Assembly: GCF_003018255.1 (NCBI RefSeq) | Contig: NZ_CP027440.1 | Direction: 5' to 3' (one strand) | Origin: Escherichia coli | GTDB lineage: Bacteria; Pseudomonadota; Gammaproteobacteria; Enterobacterales; Enterobacteriaceae | Length of the DNA stretch: 64,000 nt | In this document: positions 14,285-28,880 of the stretch, piece by piece | Position numbering within the stretch: position 1 is the first letter of the stretch | Layout: each line of letters opens with the position of its first letter | The notes under the pieces: generated by a model | The model's database searches: none | The model's input: only the letters and a program-made list of their open reading frames with translations | Told to the model about the DNA's origin: nothing | Position numbers and translations under genes: made by a program

Positions 14285-14785
14285 ATGCGCATAGTTACCG
14301 CTGCCGTCATGGCCTCAACGCTGGCAGTCAGTTCATTAAGCCACGCTGCTGAAGTCGGTTCAGGCGATAACTGGCATCCGGGTGAAGAACTTACGCAGCG
14401 CAGTACGCAGAGCCATATGTTCGACGGCATAAGTTTAACCGAACATCAGCGTCAGCAGATGCGAGATCTTATGCAACAGGCCCGGCACGAACAGCCTCCT
14501 GTTAATGTTAGCGAACTGGAGACAATGCATCGCCTTGTCACCGCAGAAAATTTTGATGAAAACGCTGTGCGCGCACAGGCAGAAAAAATGGCGAATGAGC
14601 AAATTGCTCGTCAGGTTGAGATGGCAAAAGTCCGCAACCAAATGTATCGCCTGTTAACGCCGGAGCAGCAAGCGGTTTTAAATGAGAAACATCAACAACG
14701 AATGGAGCAGTTGCGTGACGTGACGCAATGGCAAAAAAGTTCATCGTTGAAGCTATTGAGTAGTAGCAACTCACGTTCCCAGTAG
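14285..14785 (+). CDS. cpxP: periplasmic Cpx pathway inhibitor/adaptor CpxP
   Basis: Translation [36 protein letters not shown], 166 aa from the second ATG. Confidence 0.95.
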
Positions 14786-14794
14786 TAAACCCTG

Positions 14795-14852
14795 TTTTCC
14801 TTGCCATAGACACCATCCCTGTCTTCCCCCACATGATGTGGGGGTTTTTTTT
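14795..14852 (+). ncRNA. cpxQ: cpxP 3'UTR-derived sRNA CpxQ (inferred by position) ending in the cpxP intrinsic terminator (14826-14852)
   Basis: Perfect stem cccccacat/atgtggggg followed by a T8 run immediately after the cpxP stop; CpxQ processing from the cpxP 3'UTR is established knowledge; the 5' end here is approximate. Confidence 0.5.
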
Positions 14853-14933
14853 ATCCTCAATTTGCCTGCTGCTTAATGCATTGCAGATGATTTGCTTCCG
14901 TTATACTAGCGTCAGTTGATAGCGGGAGTATTT

Positions 14934-15836
14934 ATGAATCAATCTTATGGACGGCTGGTCAGTCGGGCGGCGATTGCTGCAACGGCGATGGCTTCACTGC
15001 TATTGCTGATTAAAATTTTTGCATGGTGGTATACCGGGTCGGTGAGTATTCTCGCCGCGCTGGTGGATTCGCTGGTGGATATCGGCGCGTCGTTGACGAA
15101 TTTACTGGTGGTGCGATATTCCCTGCAACCTGCCGACGATAATCACTCGTTTGGTCACGGTAAAGCTGAGTCCCTCGCGGCGCTGGCGCAAAGTATGTTT
15201 ATCTCCGGTTCAGCACTATTCCTGTTTTTGACGGGTATTCAACATCTGATATCTCCAACACCGATGACAGATCCAGGCGTCGGGGTTATCGTGACAATTG
15301 TGGCGCTAATTTGTACGATTATCCTTGTCTCGTTTCAGCGTTGGGTGGTGCGCCGGACGCAAAGCCAGGCGGTGCGGGCTGATATGCTACATTACCAGTC
15401 TGATGTTATGATGAACGGTGCAATTCTGCTGGCGCTGGGGTTGTCCTGGTACGGCTGGCATCGCGCCGATGCTCTGTTTGCATTGGGAATCGGCATCTAT
15501 ATTTTATATAGCGCGTTACGCATGGGATATGAGGCGGTACAGTCATTACTGGATCGCGCATTGCCTGATGAAGAACGGCAAGAAATTATTGATATCGTGA
15601 CTTCCTGGCCGGGTGTTAGCGGCGCTCACGATCTTCGCACGCGGCAGTCAGGGCCGACCCGCTTTATTCAGATTCATTTGGAAATGGAAGACTCTCTGCC
15701 TTTGGTTCAGGCACATATGGTGGCGGATCAGGTAGAGCAGGCTATTTTACGGCGTTTTCCGGGATCGGATGTGATTATCCATCAGGACCCCTGTTCCGTC
15801 GTACCCAGGGAGGGTAAACGGTCTATGCTTTCATAA
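14934..15836 (+). CDS. fieF: cation-diffusion-facilitator Fe/Zn efflux transporter
   Basis: Translation [36 protein letters not shown], 300 aa. Confidence 0.95.
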
Positions 15837-16016
15837 TCAGTATAAAAGAGAGCCAGACCCGCATTTTGTGTATAAAATACCGCCATTTGGCCTGACCTGA
15901 ATCAATTCAGCAGGAAGTGATTGTTATACTATTTGCACATTCGTTGGATCACTTCGATGTGCAAGAAGACTTCCGGCAACAGATTTCATTTTGCATTCCA
16001 AAGTTCAGAGGTAGTC

Positions 16017-16979
16017 ATGATTAAGAAAATCGGTGTGTTGACAAGCGGCGGTGATGCGCCAGGCATGAACGCCGCAATTCGCGGGGTTGTTCGTTCTGCG
16101 CTGACAGAAGGTCTGGAAGTAATGGGCATTTATGACGGCTATCTGGGTCTGTATGAAGACCGTATGGTACAGCTAGACCGTTACAGCGTTTCTGACATGA
16201 TCAACCGTGGTGGTACGTTCCTCGGTTCTGCGCGTTTCCCGGAATTCCGCGACGAGAACATCCGCGCCGTGGCTATCGAAAACCTGAAAAAACGTGGTAT
16301 CGACGCGCTGGTGGTTATCGGCGGTGACGGTTCCTACATGGGTGCAATGCGTCTGACCGAAATGGGCTTCCCGTGCATCGGTCTGCCGGGCACTATCGAC
16401 AACGACATCAAAGGCACTGACTACACTATCGGTTTCTTCACTGCGCTGAGCACCGTTGTAGAAGCGATCGACCGTCTGCGTGACACCTCTTCTTCTCACC
16501 AGCGTATTTCCGTGGTGGAAGTGATGGGCCGTTATTGTGGCGATCTGACTTTGGCTGCGGCTATTGCCGGTGGCTGTGAATTCGTTGTGGTTCCGGAAGT
16601 TGAATTCAGCCGTGAAGACCTGGTAAACGAAATCAAAGCGGGTATCGCGAAAGGTAAAAAACACGCGATAGTGGCGATTACCGAACATATGTGTGATGTT
16701 GACGAACTGGCGCATTTCATCGAGAAAGAAACCGGTCGTGAAACCCGCGCAACTGTGCTGGGCCACATCCAGCGCGGTGGTTCTCCGGTGCCTTACGACC
16801 GTATTCTGGCTTCCCGTATGGGCGCTTACGCTATCGAGCTGCTGCTGGCAGGTTACGGTGGTCGTTGCGTAGGTATCCAGAACGAACAGCTGGTTCACCA
16901 CGACATCATCGACGCTATCGAAAACATGAAGCGTCCGTTCAAAGGCGACTGGCTGGACTGCGCGAAAAAACTGTATTAA
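16017..16979 (+). CDS. pfkA: 6-phosphofructokinase I
   Basis: Translation [29 protein letters not shown], 320 aa; the ORF-track ORF starts 32 codons upstream. Confidence 0.97.
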   Translation: MIKKIGVLTSGGDAPGMNAAIRGVVRSALTEGLEVMGIYDGYLGLYEDRMVQLDRYSVSDMINRGGTFLGSARFPEFRDENIRAVAIENLKKRGIDALVVIGGDGSYMGAMRLTEMGFPCIGLPGTIDNDIKGTDYTIGFFTALSTVVEAIDRLRDTSSSHQRISVVEVMGRYCGDLTLAAAIAGGCEFVVVPEVEFSREDLVNEIKAGIAKGKKHAIVAITEHMCDVDELAHFIEKETGRETRATVLGHIQRGGSPVPYDRILASRMGAYAIELLLAGYGGRCVGIQNEQLVHHDIIDAIENMKRPFKGDWLDCAKKLY

Positions 16980-17034
16980 TGATTTCGGAAAAAGGCAGAT
17001 TCCTTTAGCCTGAAACCGATGACAGAAGCAAAAA

Positions 17035-17134
17035 TGCCTGATGCGCTTCGCTTATCAGGCCTACATGAATTCTGCAATTTATTGAATTTGCGAACTTTTG
17101 TAGGCCGGATAAGGCGTTCGCGCCGCATCCGGCA
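17035..17134. repeat. REP/BIME cluster (two REP units)
   Basis: tgcctgatgcgcttcgcttatcaggcctaca and tgtaggccggataaggcgttcgcgccgcatccggca between pfkA and sbp. Confidence 0.8.
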
Positions 17135-17298
17135 TGGACAAAGCGCACTTTGTCAGCAATATGAGGCGGATTTCTTCCGCCTTTTTAATCCCCCTACATA
17201 TACCCGCAAGTTATAGCCAATCTTTTTTTATTCTTTAATGTTTGGTTAACCTTCTGGCACGCTTTGCTCATCACAACACAACATAAGAGAGTCGGGCG

Positions 17299-18288
17299 AT
17301 GAACAAGTGGGGCGTAGGGTTAACATTTTTGCTGGCGGCAACCAGCGTTATGGCAAAGGATATTCAGCTTCTTAACGTTTCATATGATCCAACGCGCGAA
17401 TTGTACGAACAGTACAACAAGGTATTCAGCGCCCACTGGAAACAGCAAACTGGCGATAACGTGGTGATCCGTCAGTCCCACGGTGGTTCAGGCAAACAAG
17501 CGACGTCGGTAATCAACGGTATTGAAGCTGATGTTGTCACGCTGGCTCTGGCCTATGACGTGGACGCGATTGCGGAACGCGGGCGGATTGATAAAGAGTG
17601 GATCAAACGTCTGCCGGATAACTCCGCACCGTACACTTCCACCATTGTTTTCCTGGTGCGTAAGGGCAATCCGAAGCAGATCCATGACTGGAACGATCTG
17701 ATTAAACCGGGTGTTTCGGTGATCACGCCTAATCCGAAAAGCTCTGGTGGCGCGCGCTGGAACTACCTGGCAGCCTGGGGCTACGCGCTGCATCACAACA
17801 ACAACGATCAGGCAAAAGCACAGGATTTTGTTCGGGCACTGTATAAAAACGTCGAAGTTCTGGATTCTGGCGCGCGCGGCTCCACTAATACCTTTGTCGA
17901 GCGCGGGATTGGCGATGTACTGATTGCCTGGGAAAACGAAGCTCTGCTGGCAGCGAATGAACTGGGGAAAGATAAATTCGAAATTGTCACGCCGAGTGAG
18001 TCTATCCTCGCAGAGCCAACCGTGTCGGTGGTCGATAAAGTGGTCGAGAAAAAAGGCACCAAAGAGGTGGCGGAAGCCTACCTGAAATATCTCTACTCGC
18101 CAGAAGGTCAGGAAATTGCCGCGAAAAACTACTACCGTCCGCGCGATGCTGAGGTGGCGAAAAAGTACGAAAATGCGTTTCCAAAGCTGAAGTTATTCAC
18201 CATTGATGAAGAGTTCGGCGGCTGGACGAAAGCGCAAAAAGAGCATTTTGCTAACGGCGGTACGTTCGATCAGATTAGCAAACGCTGA
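17299..18288 (+). CDS. sbp: periplasmic sulfate-binding protein
   Basis: 329-aa translation [37 protein letters not shown]. Confidence 0.95.
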   Translation: MNKWGVGLTFLLAATSVMAKDIQLLNVSYDPTRELYEQYNKVFSAHWKQQTGDNVVIRQSHGGSGKQATSVINGIEADVVTLALAYDVDAIAERGRIDKEWIKRLPDNSAPYTSTIVFLVRKGNPKQIHDWNDLIKPGVSVITPNPKSSGGARWNYLAAWGYALHHNNNDQAKAQDFVRALYKNVEVLDSGARGSTNTFVERGIGDVLIAWENEALLAANELGKDKFEIVTPSESILAEPTVSVVDKVVEKKGTKEVAEAYLKYLYSPEGQEIAAKNYYRPRDAEVAKKYENAFPKLKLFTIDEEFGGWTKAQKEHFANGGTFDQISKR

Positions 18289-18393
18289 TTTCTCCAGGAT
18301 AATTATCAAACCCGGTGGTTTCTCGCGACTGGGTTTTTTATTTGTCACGATTTTGCGTTACCCTTGCATCTCTTTGAGGTACAGGGAAAAAAG

Positions 18394-19149
18394 ATGAAAA
18401 AAGCGGGTCTTCTTTTTTTGGTGATGATAGTTATCGCCGTTGTGGCTGCCGGTATTGGTTACTGGAAATTAACCGGTGAAGAGTCGGATACATTACGTAA
18501 GATTGTCCTTGAGGAATGTTTGCCCAATCAGCAGCAAAATCAAAATCCTTCGCCATGTGCGGAAGTCAAACCCAATGCCGGATACGTGGTTTTAAAAGAT
18601 CTTAATGGCCCACTGCAATATCTGTTGATGCCAACGTATCGTATTAACGGTACTGAAAGTCCTTTGTTGACCGATCCTTCAACGCCGAACTTCTTTTGGT
18701 TGGCCTGGCAGGCGCGTGATTTTATGAGCAAAAAATACGGCCAGCCGGTTCCCGATCGCGCGGTTTCTTTGGCGATCAACTCTCGCACCGGGCGTACGCA
18801 AAACCATTTTCATATTCATATCTCTTGTATTCGTCCTGATGTGCGCGAACAGCTGGATAACAATCTGGCGAACATCAGCAGCCGCTGGTTGCCACTGCCA
18901 GGTGGTTTGCGCGGGCATGAATACCTGGCGCGTCGGGTAACGGAAAGCGAACTGGTACAACGCAGCCCATTTATGATGCTTGCAGAAGAAGTGCCTGAGG
19001 CGCGGGAACATATGGGAAGCTACGGGCTGGCGATGGTGCGGCAGAGTGATAACTCATTTGTATTGCTGGCGACACAACGAAATCTACTGACGCTTAACCG
19101 TGCTTCAGCCGAGGAAATCCAGGATCATCAGTGTGAGATTTTGCGTTAA
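18394..19149 (+). CDS. cdh: CDP-diacylglycerol pyrophosphatase
   Basis: Translation [26 protein letters not shown], 251 aa. Confidence 0.92.
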   Translation: MKKAGLLFLVMIVIAVVAAGIGYWKLTGEESDTLRKIVLEECLPNQQQNQNPSPCAEVKPNAGYVVLKDLNGPLQYLLMPTYRINGTESPLLTDPSTPNFFWLAWQARDFMSKKYGQPVPDRAVSLAINSRTGRTQNHFHIHISCIRPDVREQLDNNLANISSRWLPLPGGLRGHEYLARRVTESELVQRSPFMMLAEEVPEAREHMGSYGLAMVRQSDNSFVLLATQRNLLTLNRASAEEIQDHQCEILR

Positions 19150-19171
19150 GGCGAGGAGTTAAGGAAAGTAA

Positions 19172-19194
19172 GTGCCGGATATGAAATCCGGCAC
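19172..19194. terminator. hairpin between convergent cdh and tpiA (probable bidirectional terminator)
   Basis: gtgccggat-atgaa-atccggcac perfect inverted repeat. Confidence 0.6.
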
Positions 19195-19203
19195 CTGTCA
19201 GAC

Positions 19204-19971
19204 TTAAGCCTGTTTAGCCGCTTCTGCAGCTTTAACGATCACTGCGAAAGCGTCAGCTTTCAGAGAAGCACCGCCAACCAGCGCGCCGTCGATGTCTGGT
19301 TGAGCAAACAGTTCTGCAGCGTTAGACGCGTTTACAGAGCCGCCGTACTGAATGATCACTTGTTCAGCGATGTTAGCGTCAACTTTAGCGATGTGGTCAC
19401 GGATGAATTTGTGAACAGCCTGTGCCTGAGCCGGAGTTGCAGATTTGCCAGTACCGATTGCCCATACGGGTTCGTAAGCGATAACCGCACCTTCGAATGC
19501 CGCAGCACCCTGAGTTTTCAGTACCGCGTCGATCTGACGTGCACAAACTTCTTCAGTTTTGCCCGCTTCGTTTTCAGCTTCGGTTTCACCGATGCACAGA
19601 ACCGGAGTCAGACCCTGCTCTTTCAGCACCGCGAATTTTTTCGCGATCAGTTCGTCAGACTCTTTGTGGTAAGTACGACGTTCAGAGTGGCCGATGATGA
19701 TGTACTGTGCGCCGATGTCTTTCAGCATAGCAGCAGAGGTTTCACCGGTGAATGCGCCGGACAGGTTCAGGTCCACGTTTTGCGCACCCAGCATGATGTG
19801 GCTGCCTTCAGCTTCACGCTTCGCCATATCGATGTACATTTCCGGTGGTGCGATTGCAACCGCACAGCCAGCAACACCTGCCAGCTCTTTACGCAGGTTA
19901 GATACCAGCTCGTGAACCATGTGGCGGCTGCCGTTCAGTTTCCAGTTACCCATCACTAAAGGATGTCGCAT
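19204..19971 (-). CDS. tpiA: triosephosphate isomerase
   Basis: 255-aa translation [30 protein letters not shown]. Confidence 0.97.
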
Positions 19972-20078
19972 TTTAATTCTCCACGCTTATAAGCGAATAA
20001 AGGAAGATGGCCGCCCCGCAGGGCAGCAGGTCTGTGAAACAGTATAGAGATTCATCGGCACAAAGGCTTTGCTTTTTG

Positions 20079-20678
20079 TCATTTATTCAAACCTTCAAGC
20101 GATTCAGATAGCGCCAGCTTAATCGGTTCAACAGCGAAGGTCAGCCCCTTTTCGCCGTTGTCCGCGACAACATAACGCAGTGCACCTTCTGTCTCGGTGT
20201 AATAACGTTTGTTTTTCCCCGCCGTTAGTAGCGCCTGCAGTTTTTTCTGGCTTTGAGTTTTGGTCATTAATGGGGTGAGTGTGCGGATCACCGCTGCCAT
20301 GTATGCCTGAGCTTTCGCTTTCGCGGCTTTTTGCTCTGGCCCCTGGATGGGTAGCCAGGTCATTTGAATGCTTTTGATTTTTAAGGTACCGCGCTCCAGC
20401 GCAGTAGAAGCATACAAGTTCTCGTTAATTTTACTTGCTGCACGAGTGAGATTGGCTTTGTCGGGACTGCTGTCGATGGCACGAAATTCGTTCAGTGGCA
20501 GGCTGGGATTCTGGCTGTTAAAGTCTTCTCGAAACTGGCTGATGGAGAGATCGAAAGTAGGGGCTCCAGCCAGCAGATAAGGCGCGGTCGTTGCCGTATC
20601 TGGTGTTTGTGCATGCGCCGTTGTTGTAACGGTTAATGCAGAACATAAGAGAAAAAACAGCGTACACCCTGGCTTCAT
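20079..20678 (-). CDS. yiiQ: DUF1454-family periplasmic protein YiiQ
   Basis: 199 aa with signal peptide MKPGCTLFFLLCSALTVTTTAHA; synteny next to tpiA. Confidence 0.9.
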   Translation of the reverse strand: MKPGCTLFFLLCSALTVTTTAHAQTPDTATTAPYLLAGAPTFDLSISQFREDFNSQNPSLPLNEFRAIDSSPDKANLTRAASKINENLYASTALERGTLKIKSIQMTWLPIQGPEQKAAKAKAQAYMAAVIRTLTPLMTKTQSQKKLQALLTAGKNKRYYTETEGALRYVVADNGEKGLTFAVEPIKLALSESLEGLNK

Positions 20679-20778
20679 TGACAGTACCTTTTGTTATGAC
20701 TGGCTCCGATTAAAACGATATCTGTCGCCCTTGTCAAAAGGGTAGAATCCTGGAAAAGACAACCATCAAGGAACTTAC

Positions 20779-21219
20779 ATGACCATACAGCAATGGTTAT
20801 TCTCATTTAAAGGGCGTATTGGACGCCGTGATTTCTGGATTTGGATAGGCCTGTGGTTTGCAGGCATGCTGGTGCTTTTCTCACTGGCGGGTAAAAATTT
20901 ACTCGATATTCAGACCGCGGCGTTTTGCCTTGTGTGCTTGCTTTGGCCAACAGCGGCAGTAACCGTTAAGCGCTTGCATGATCGCGGGCGTTCCGGCGCA
21001 TGGGCATTTCTGATGATTGTGGCGTGGATGCTGCTGGCGGGTAACTGGGCAATTTTACCGGGTGTCTGGCAATGGGCGGTGGGGCGTTTTGTCCCGACAT
21101 TGATTCTGGTGATGATGCTTATCGATCTTGGTGCGTTTGTTGGCACACAAGGCGAAAATAAATATGGTAAAGATACCCAGGATGTGAAGTATAAAGCCGA
21201 CAATAAATCAAGTAATTAA
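20779..21219 (+). CDS. yiiR: DUF805 inner-membrane protein YiiR
   Basis: 146-aa translation MTIQQWLFSFKGRIGRRDFWIWIGLWFAGMLVLF. Confidence 0.9.
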   Translation: MTIQQWLFSFKGRIGRRDFWIWIGLWFAGMLVLFSLAGKNLLDIQTAAFCLVCLLWPTAAVTVKRLHDRGRSGAWAFLMIVAWMLLAGNWAILPGVWQWAVGRFVPTLILVMMLIDLGAFVGTQGENKYGKDTQDVKYKADNKSSN

Positions 21220-21430
21220 CCTTTAATATATCTCTTATCGCTATTTTTTTCCGGGATTGTTATTTCCACGATGCAAGTGACAATGCCCGGAAAATCCTTC
21301 TGAACTCTTCACCTTAAGCAATATCAAAAAAAATGGTAATCCATAAGATCATTACTTGTTTGTTCTTCCTTTAACGGCGCATTATTCTTAAGTCGTAATC
21401 GACAGAGAGGCGAATATACAGAGGTGCCCT

Positions 21431-21730
21431 ATGAAAGATGTCGTAGATAAATGCAGTACTAAAGGATGTGCGATTGATATCGGTACGGTGATTGATAACG
21501 ACAACTGTACCAGTAAGTTTTCGCGCTTTTTTGCCACCCGCGAAGAAGCAGAGTCCTTTATGACCAAACTGAAAGAGCTTGCCGCCGCTGCATCCTCTGC
21601 AGATGAAGGGGCCAGCGTGGCCTATAAGATTAAGGATCTGGAAGGGCAAGTTGAGCTTGATGCGGCCTTCACCTTCTCATGCCAGGCCGAGATGATTATT
21701 TTTGAGTTATCACTGCGTTCGTTAGCTTGA
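21431..21730 (+). CDS. yiiS: UPF0381 protein YiiS
   Basis: 99-aa ORF immediately upstream of uspD; synteny. Confidence 0.85.
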   Translation: MKDVVDKCSTKGCAIDIGTVIDNDNCTSKFSRFFATREEAESFMTKLKELAAAASSADEGASVAYKIKDLEGQVELDAAFTFSCQAEMIIFELSLRSLA

Positions 21731-21756
21731 TGGAGTTGCTTTAGAAGGAGTTAAAT

Positions 21757-22185
21757 ATGGCTTATAAACACATTGGCGTGGCAATTTCCGGGAATGAAGA
21801 AGATGCCTTACTGGTGAATAAAGCCCTGGAGCTCGCCAGACATAATGACGCTCACCTGACGTTAATTCATATTGATGATGGCTTAAGCGAGTTGTATCCG
21901 GGTATCTACTTCCCTGCAACAGAAGATATTCTTCAATTGTTGAAGAATAAGTCGGATAACAAGCTGTATAAACTGACGAAAAATATTCAATGGCCGAAGA
22001 CAAAACTGCGTATTGAACGCGGAGAAATGCCGGAAACACTGCTGGAAATTATGCAAAAAGAGCAGTGCGACCTCCTTGTCTGTGGTCATCACCACTCATT
22101 TATCAACCGTTTGATGCCGGCATATCGCGGGATGATCAATAAGTTGAGTGCGGATTTGCTCATCGTGCCGTTTATCGATAAGTAA
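21757..22185 (+). CDS. uspD: universal stress protein D
   Basis: 142-aa translation [42 protein letters not shown]. Confidence 0.93.
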   Translation: MAYKHIGVAISGNEEDALLVNKALELARHNDAHLTLIHIDDGLSELYPGIYFPATEDILQLLKNKSDNKLYKLTKNIQWPKTKLRIERGEMPETLLEIMQKEQCDLLVCGHHHSFINRLMPAYRGMINKLSADLLIVPFIDK

Positions 22186-22189
22186 CCGC

Positions 22190-22936
22190 TTACCAGTAAT
22201 GCTCCGCTGTCATATGGCCCGGTCGGCGACGTAAATGTTTCGTCATCTGCCGGGTCTCTTTCAGTAACTGTTGCGTATCGCGCACCATCTGTGGATTGCC
22301 GCACAGCATCACATGGCTGGTTTCTTTATTCATCGGCAGGCCAACCGCGCTTTCCAGTTCACCACTTTCAATTAATGCCGGTATCCGTCCGGTGAGCGAC
22401 CCCGCTGTCGTTTCCCGACTGACCACCGTCTGAATGCGCAGTTTGCCTTCGTAGCGTTTTTCCAGTTCTTGCATCAGTGGCAAATAGCTTAAGTCGGCGG
22501 CATAACGTGCGGCGTGAACCAGGACCAGATTTTTGAAGCGCTCTAAATCTTTGCCCAGTTGCAGAATCGATAAATAAGGGCCAATCGCTGTACCGGTTGC
22601 CAGCATCCATAGCGTTTCGCAATCTGGTACTTCATCCAGCACAAAGAAGCCAGCTGCTTCGCTAACCACCTGCACTTCATCGCCCGGTTTCAGTGCCGCC
22701 AGTCGTGGGCTTAATTTGCCATCGGGGACGGTGACCAGGTAAAACTCCAGATCGGGATTATCGGGCGAGTTAACATAGGAGTAGGCGCGCTGGACGCGTT
22801 CGCCGTCGATTTCAAGGCCAAGCTTGGTGAATTGCCCGGCGGTAAACGGAAGCACGGGGGCGTGAACGGTGAGACTAAACAGGGCGTCGGTCCAGTTCTG
22901 CACTTTAGTGACTTTGCCTGTTACCCAATCAGCCAT
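22190..22936 (-). CDS. fpr: ferredoxin/flavodoxin-NADP+ reductase
   Basis: 248-aa translation MADWVTGKVTKVQNWTDALFSLTVHAPVLPFTAGQFTKLGL. Confidence 0.95.
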   Translation of the reverse strand: MADWVTGKVTKVQNWTDALFSLTVHAPVLPFTAGQFTKLGLEIDGERVQRAYSYVNSPDNPDLEFYLVTVPDGKLSPRLAALKPGDEVQVVSEAAGFFVLDEVPDCETLWMLATGTAIGPYLSILQLGKDLERFKNLVLVHAARYAADLSYLPLMQELEKRYEGKLRIQTVVSRETTAGSLTGRIPALIESGELESAVGLPMNKETSHVMLCGNPQMVRDTQQLLKETRQMTKHLRRRPGHMTAEHYW

Positions 22937-22983
22937 GTTTTTCTCCTGTTTTGATTGACTTGCCTTATCTTCGTTCTCCGAAC

Positions 22984-23010
22984 AAAAAAATTCCAGTCCC
23001 GAAGGACTGG
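22984..23010 (-). terminator. intrinsic terminator of the glpFKX transcript
   Basis: ccagtccc-gaag-ggactgg hairpin with a U-run on the minus strand, just past the glpX stop. Confidence 0.6.
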
Positions 23011-23032
23011 AAGGCTCAATCGATCAAATCAA

Positions 23033-24043
23033 TCAGAGGATGTGCACCTGCATTTCTGGGTCTTTGCGATCCAGATAGTGGATAGACTGAATGCGGCGAA
23101 TGGTGCGTGACTTGCCGCGGATCAGCAGCGTTTCGGTAGTCGCGATATTGCCTTTGCGGCTAATACCTTCCAGCAGATCACCTTTGGTGATGCCGGTGGC
23201 AGAAAAGATGACGTTGTCGCTGCGCGCCATATCGCCCAAACGCAATACTTTACCGGCTTCGATGCCCATCGCTTTGCAGCGTGCCAGCTCCTGCTCGCCA
23301 ATGCGACGATTCTCTTCGTTGTCGCCTTTGACGTCATGACGCGCCAGCAGACGACCGTTCATGTCACCATCTAATGCGCGGATCACCGCCGCAGAAACCA
23401 CGCCTTCCGGCGCGCCACCAATACCGTACAGCACGTCAACTTCGCTGTCTGGCATACAGGTGAGAATTGAGGCTGCAACGTCGCCGTCCGGAATAGCAAA
23501 TACGCGCACGCCGAGTTGCTGCATTTCTGCGATAACGGCATCGTGGCGCGGTTTTGCCAGAATCGTTACCGTCAGTTCGCTCAACGGTTTGCCGAGCGCC
23601 GCCGCAACATTGCGCAGGTTATCCGCCAGCGGCAGGTTCAGATCAATGGTGCCTTTGGCTCCCGGTCCGACGATCAGCTTCTCCATATACATATCTGGCG
23701 CGTTGAGGAAGCAGCCTTTATCGCCTACTGCCAGCACCGCCAGCGCGTTAGCCTGGCCCATCGCCGTCATGCGCGTGCCTTCAATCGGATCAACAGCAAT
23801 ATCTACCGCGTCGCCGCGACCAGTACCGACTTTTTCACCAATGTAGAGCATCGGTGCTTCGTCGATTTCACCTTCACCAATAACGATGGTGCCGTCAATG
23901 TTGACCTGGTTGAGCATAATACGCATGGCGTTTACCGCCGCGCCGTCCGCGGTGTTTTTATCGCCGCGTCCTAACCATTTGTAGCCAGCCAGCGCCGCTG
24001 ATTCGGTGACGCGGGAAAATTCGATGGCAAGTTCTCGTCTCAT
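23033..24043 (-). CDS. glpX: fructose-1,6-bisphosphatase class II
   Basis: Translation MRRELAIEFSRVTESAALAGYKWLGRGDKN, 336 aa; the ORF-track ORF extends 43 codons upstream. Confidence 0.95.
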   Translation of the reverse strand: MRRELAIEFSRVTESAALAGYKWLGRGDKNTADGAAVNAMRIMLNQVNIDGTIVIGEGEIDEAPMLYIGEKVGTGRGDAVDIAVDPIEGTRMTAMGQANALAVLAVGDKGCFLNAPDMYMEKLIVGPGAKGTIDLNLPLADNLRNVAAALGKPLSELTVTILAKPRHDAVIAEMQQLGVRVFAIPDGDVAASILTCMPDSEVDVLYGIGGAPEGVVSAAVIRALDGDMNGRLLARHDVKGDNEENRRIGEQELARCKAMGIEAGKVLRLGDMARSDNVIFSATGITKGDLLEGISRKGNIATTETLLIRGKSRTIRRIQSIHYLDRKDPEMQVHIL

Positions 24044-24140
24044 AGTAAACTCTAAGCAGTAAGGAATGGCGCGAAGTGTAGCACAGGGGAAGGGCGGGAT
24101 TATTGATGTGTGCGGGGTTGCCCCCGCACGATTCAGGACT

Positions 24141-24171
24141 ACCGGATGCGGCATAAACGCTTCATCCGGCA
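24141..24171. repeat. single REP element between glpK and glpX
   Basis: accggatgcggcataaacgcttcatccggca palindromic unit. Confidence 0.7.
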
Positions 24172-24177
24172 TTTACA

Positions 24178-27225
<3,048 letters not shown>

Positions 27226-27280
27226 TTACGCTTCATCTTTCGCGTAATTTCTTTACTGTGTAGGCCAACAGGTAACGCAG

Positions 27281-27308
27281 AAAAAAGGCACCTTGCGGTG
27301 CCTTTTTT
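27281..27308. terminator. bidirectional intrinsic terminator between zapB and rraA
   Basis: aaaaaa-ggcacc-ttgc-ggtgcc-tttttt: GC stem flanked by A and T runs. Confidence 0.75.
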
Positions 27309-27309
27309 A

Positions 27310-27795
27310 TCATTCAATATCCAGCGGATCTTCTGAAAGAATAATCCCGGTATTGTCGGCGTAAAGATGGTCGCCGGAGAAGAAGGTTACACCGCCAAAA
27401 TTGACGCGGACATCGCTTTCGCCAATGCCTTCGCCAGCGGCACCAACCGGAATTGCGGCCATTGCCTGGATGCCGATATCCAGCTCTTCCAGGTCATCTA
27501 CCTGACGCACCGCGCCGTAAATGACCAGACCTTCCCATTCATTTTGTACTGCCAGACGCGCCAGTTCAGCATCGACCAGTGCGCGACGAACAGAACCACC
27601 GCCATCGACGACAAGAACACGACCACGGCCATTCTGTTCGAGCAGATCGTACAGCAACCCGTTGTCCTCGAAACATTTTACCGTGATTATTTGTCCGCCA
27701 AACGACGCCCGTCCGCCAAAGTTGGAGAACAGCGGTTCCACGACGTTAACATCTTCTTGATAGATGTCACAAAGCTCGGAAGTATCGTATTTCAT
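27310..27795 (-). CDS. rraA: RNase E regulator RraA
   Basis: 161-aa translation [46 protein letters not shown]. Confidence 0.95.
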
Positions 27796-27887
27796 AGGCT
27801 TAACATTCAGTTGCTGCGAGAATTTTCAGTATATCGCGCTATGTAGGCTGTTGGCAAAATCATCAATTGTTAATTGATATTTGTCAG

Positions 27888-28814
27888 TTATGCTGCCCAC
27901 TGGCTTAGGAATATCCCTAAAACAAACAGCAGGTTAGTCAGTAACGCTCCCTTGACAGTGCGTTCCAGCATCGGTCGCATCGCCACCGGGTCCATTTCCC
28001 GCATCACATAACGGGCTTGCTTCACCAGTAATGGTGCCGCCAGCAGGAACAGCCAGCCCCACAGGCTATGCAGCGAAAAGAGATTAAACAGCGCCAGGCA
28101 CACCAGAGAGCCCATCAGCAGGCAGGCATGATAACGACGCGCGTTCACTTCACCTAAGCGCACCACCAGCGTGTTTTTGCCATTTTCGCGGTCGCTATTG
28201 ATATCACGCAGGTTATTAATGTTCAGTACTGCCGTTGCCAGCAGGCCGCATGCGGTCGCCGGAAGGATCAGCGCCGGAATCAATGTATGAGCCTGTAAAT
28301 ACCAGCTGCCCATGACGCTCAACCAGCCAAAGAAAACCAGTACGGAAATATCACCCAGACCGATATAACCATAAGGACGATTGCCCACGGTGTAGGTGAT
28401 AGCGGCAATGATCGACAACCCGCCAAGAATCAGGAAACCGACAAAATCGGCCAGTGTATGGCACGCCACTGCAACCAGTGCCAGCCCGGAGAGACAGATG
28501 AGCACGACGGTAATAATGAGCGCCCGTTTCATCTCTTGCTGGGTAATGACCCCTTTTTGCATGCCGCGTAGCGGTCCGATACGGTCAGGTTTATCGCTGC
28601 CTTTTACCGCATCGCCGTAATCATTGGCGAGGTTAGAAAGGATCTGTAATAGCCCGGCGGTAATCAGTGCCAGCAGGGCGACCAGCGGATCGAAGTGACC
28701 TTGCCACCATGCCAGCGCCGTCCCGACGATAATTGCAGCAAAGGCGAGGGGGAGGGTTTTAGGTCGTAAACTTTCCAGCCACGCCTGAGTTCGGCTAATT
28801 TGTTGTTCAGTCAT
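27888..28814 (-). CDS. menA: 1,4-dihydroxy-2-naphthoate octaprenyltransferase
   Basis: Translation MTEQQISRTQAWLESLRPKTLPLAFAAIIVG, 308 aa; UbiA-family polytopic protein. Confidence 0.93.
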   Translation of the reverse strand: MTEQQISRTQAWLESLRPKTLPLAFAAIIVGTALAWWQGHFDPLVALLALITAGLLQILSNLANDYGDAVKGSDKPDRIGPLRGMQKGVITQQEMKRALIITVVLICLSGLALVAVACHTLADFVGFLILGGLSIIAAITYTVGNRPYGYIGLGDISVLVFFGWLSVMGSWYLQAHTLIPALILPATACGLLATAVLNINNLRDINSDRENGKNTLVVRLGEVNARRYHACLLMGSLVCLALFNLFSLHSLWGWLFLLAAPLLVKQARYVMREMDPVAMRPMLERTVKGALLTNLLFVLGIFLSQWAA

Positions 28815-28825
28815 AATACGCGCCA

Positions 28826-28850
28826 ATAAAAATGGGGCCTTTCAGCCCCA
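28826..28850 (-). terminator. intrinsic terminator after hslU
   Basis: tggggc-ctttca-gcccca hairpin followed by a U-run on the minus strand. Confidence 0.55.
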
Positions 28851-28880
28851 TCAAACAATGATGAAAATGATTGAACGCGA

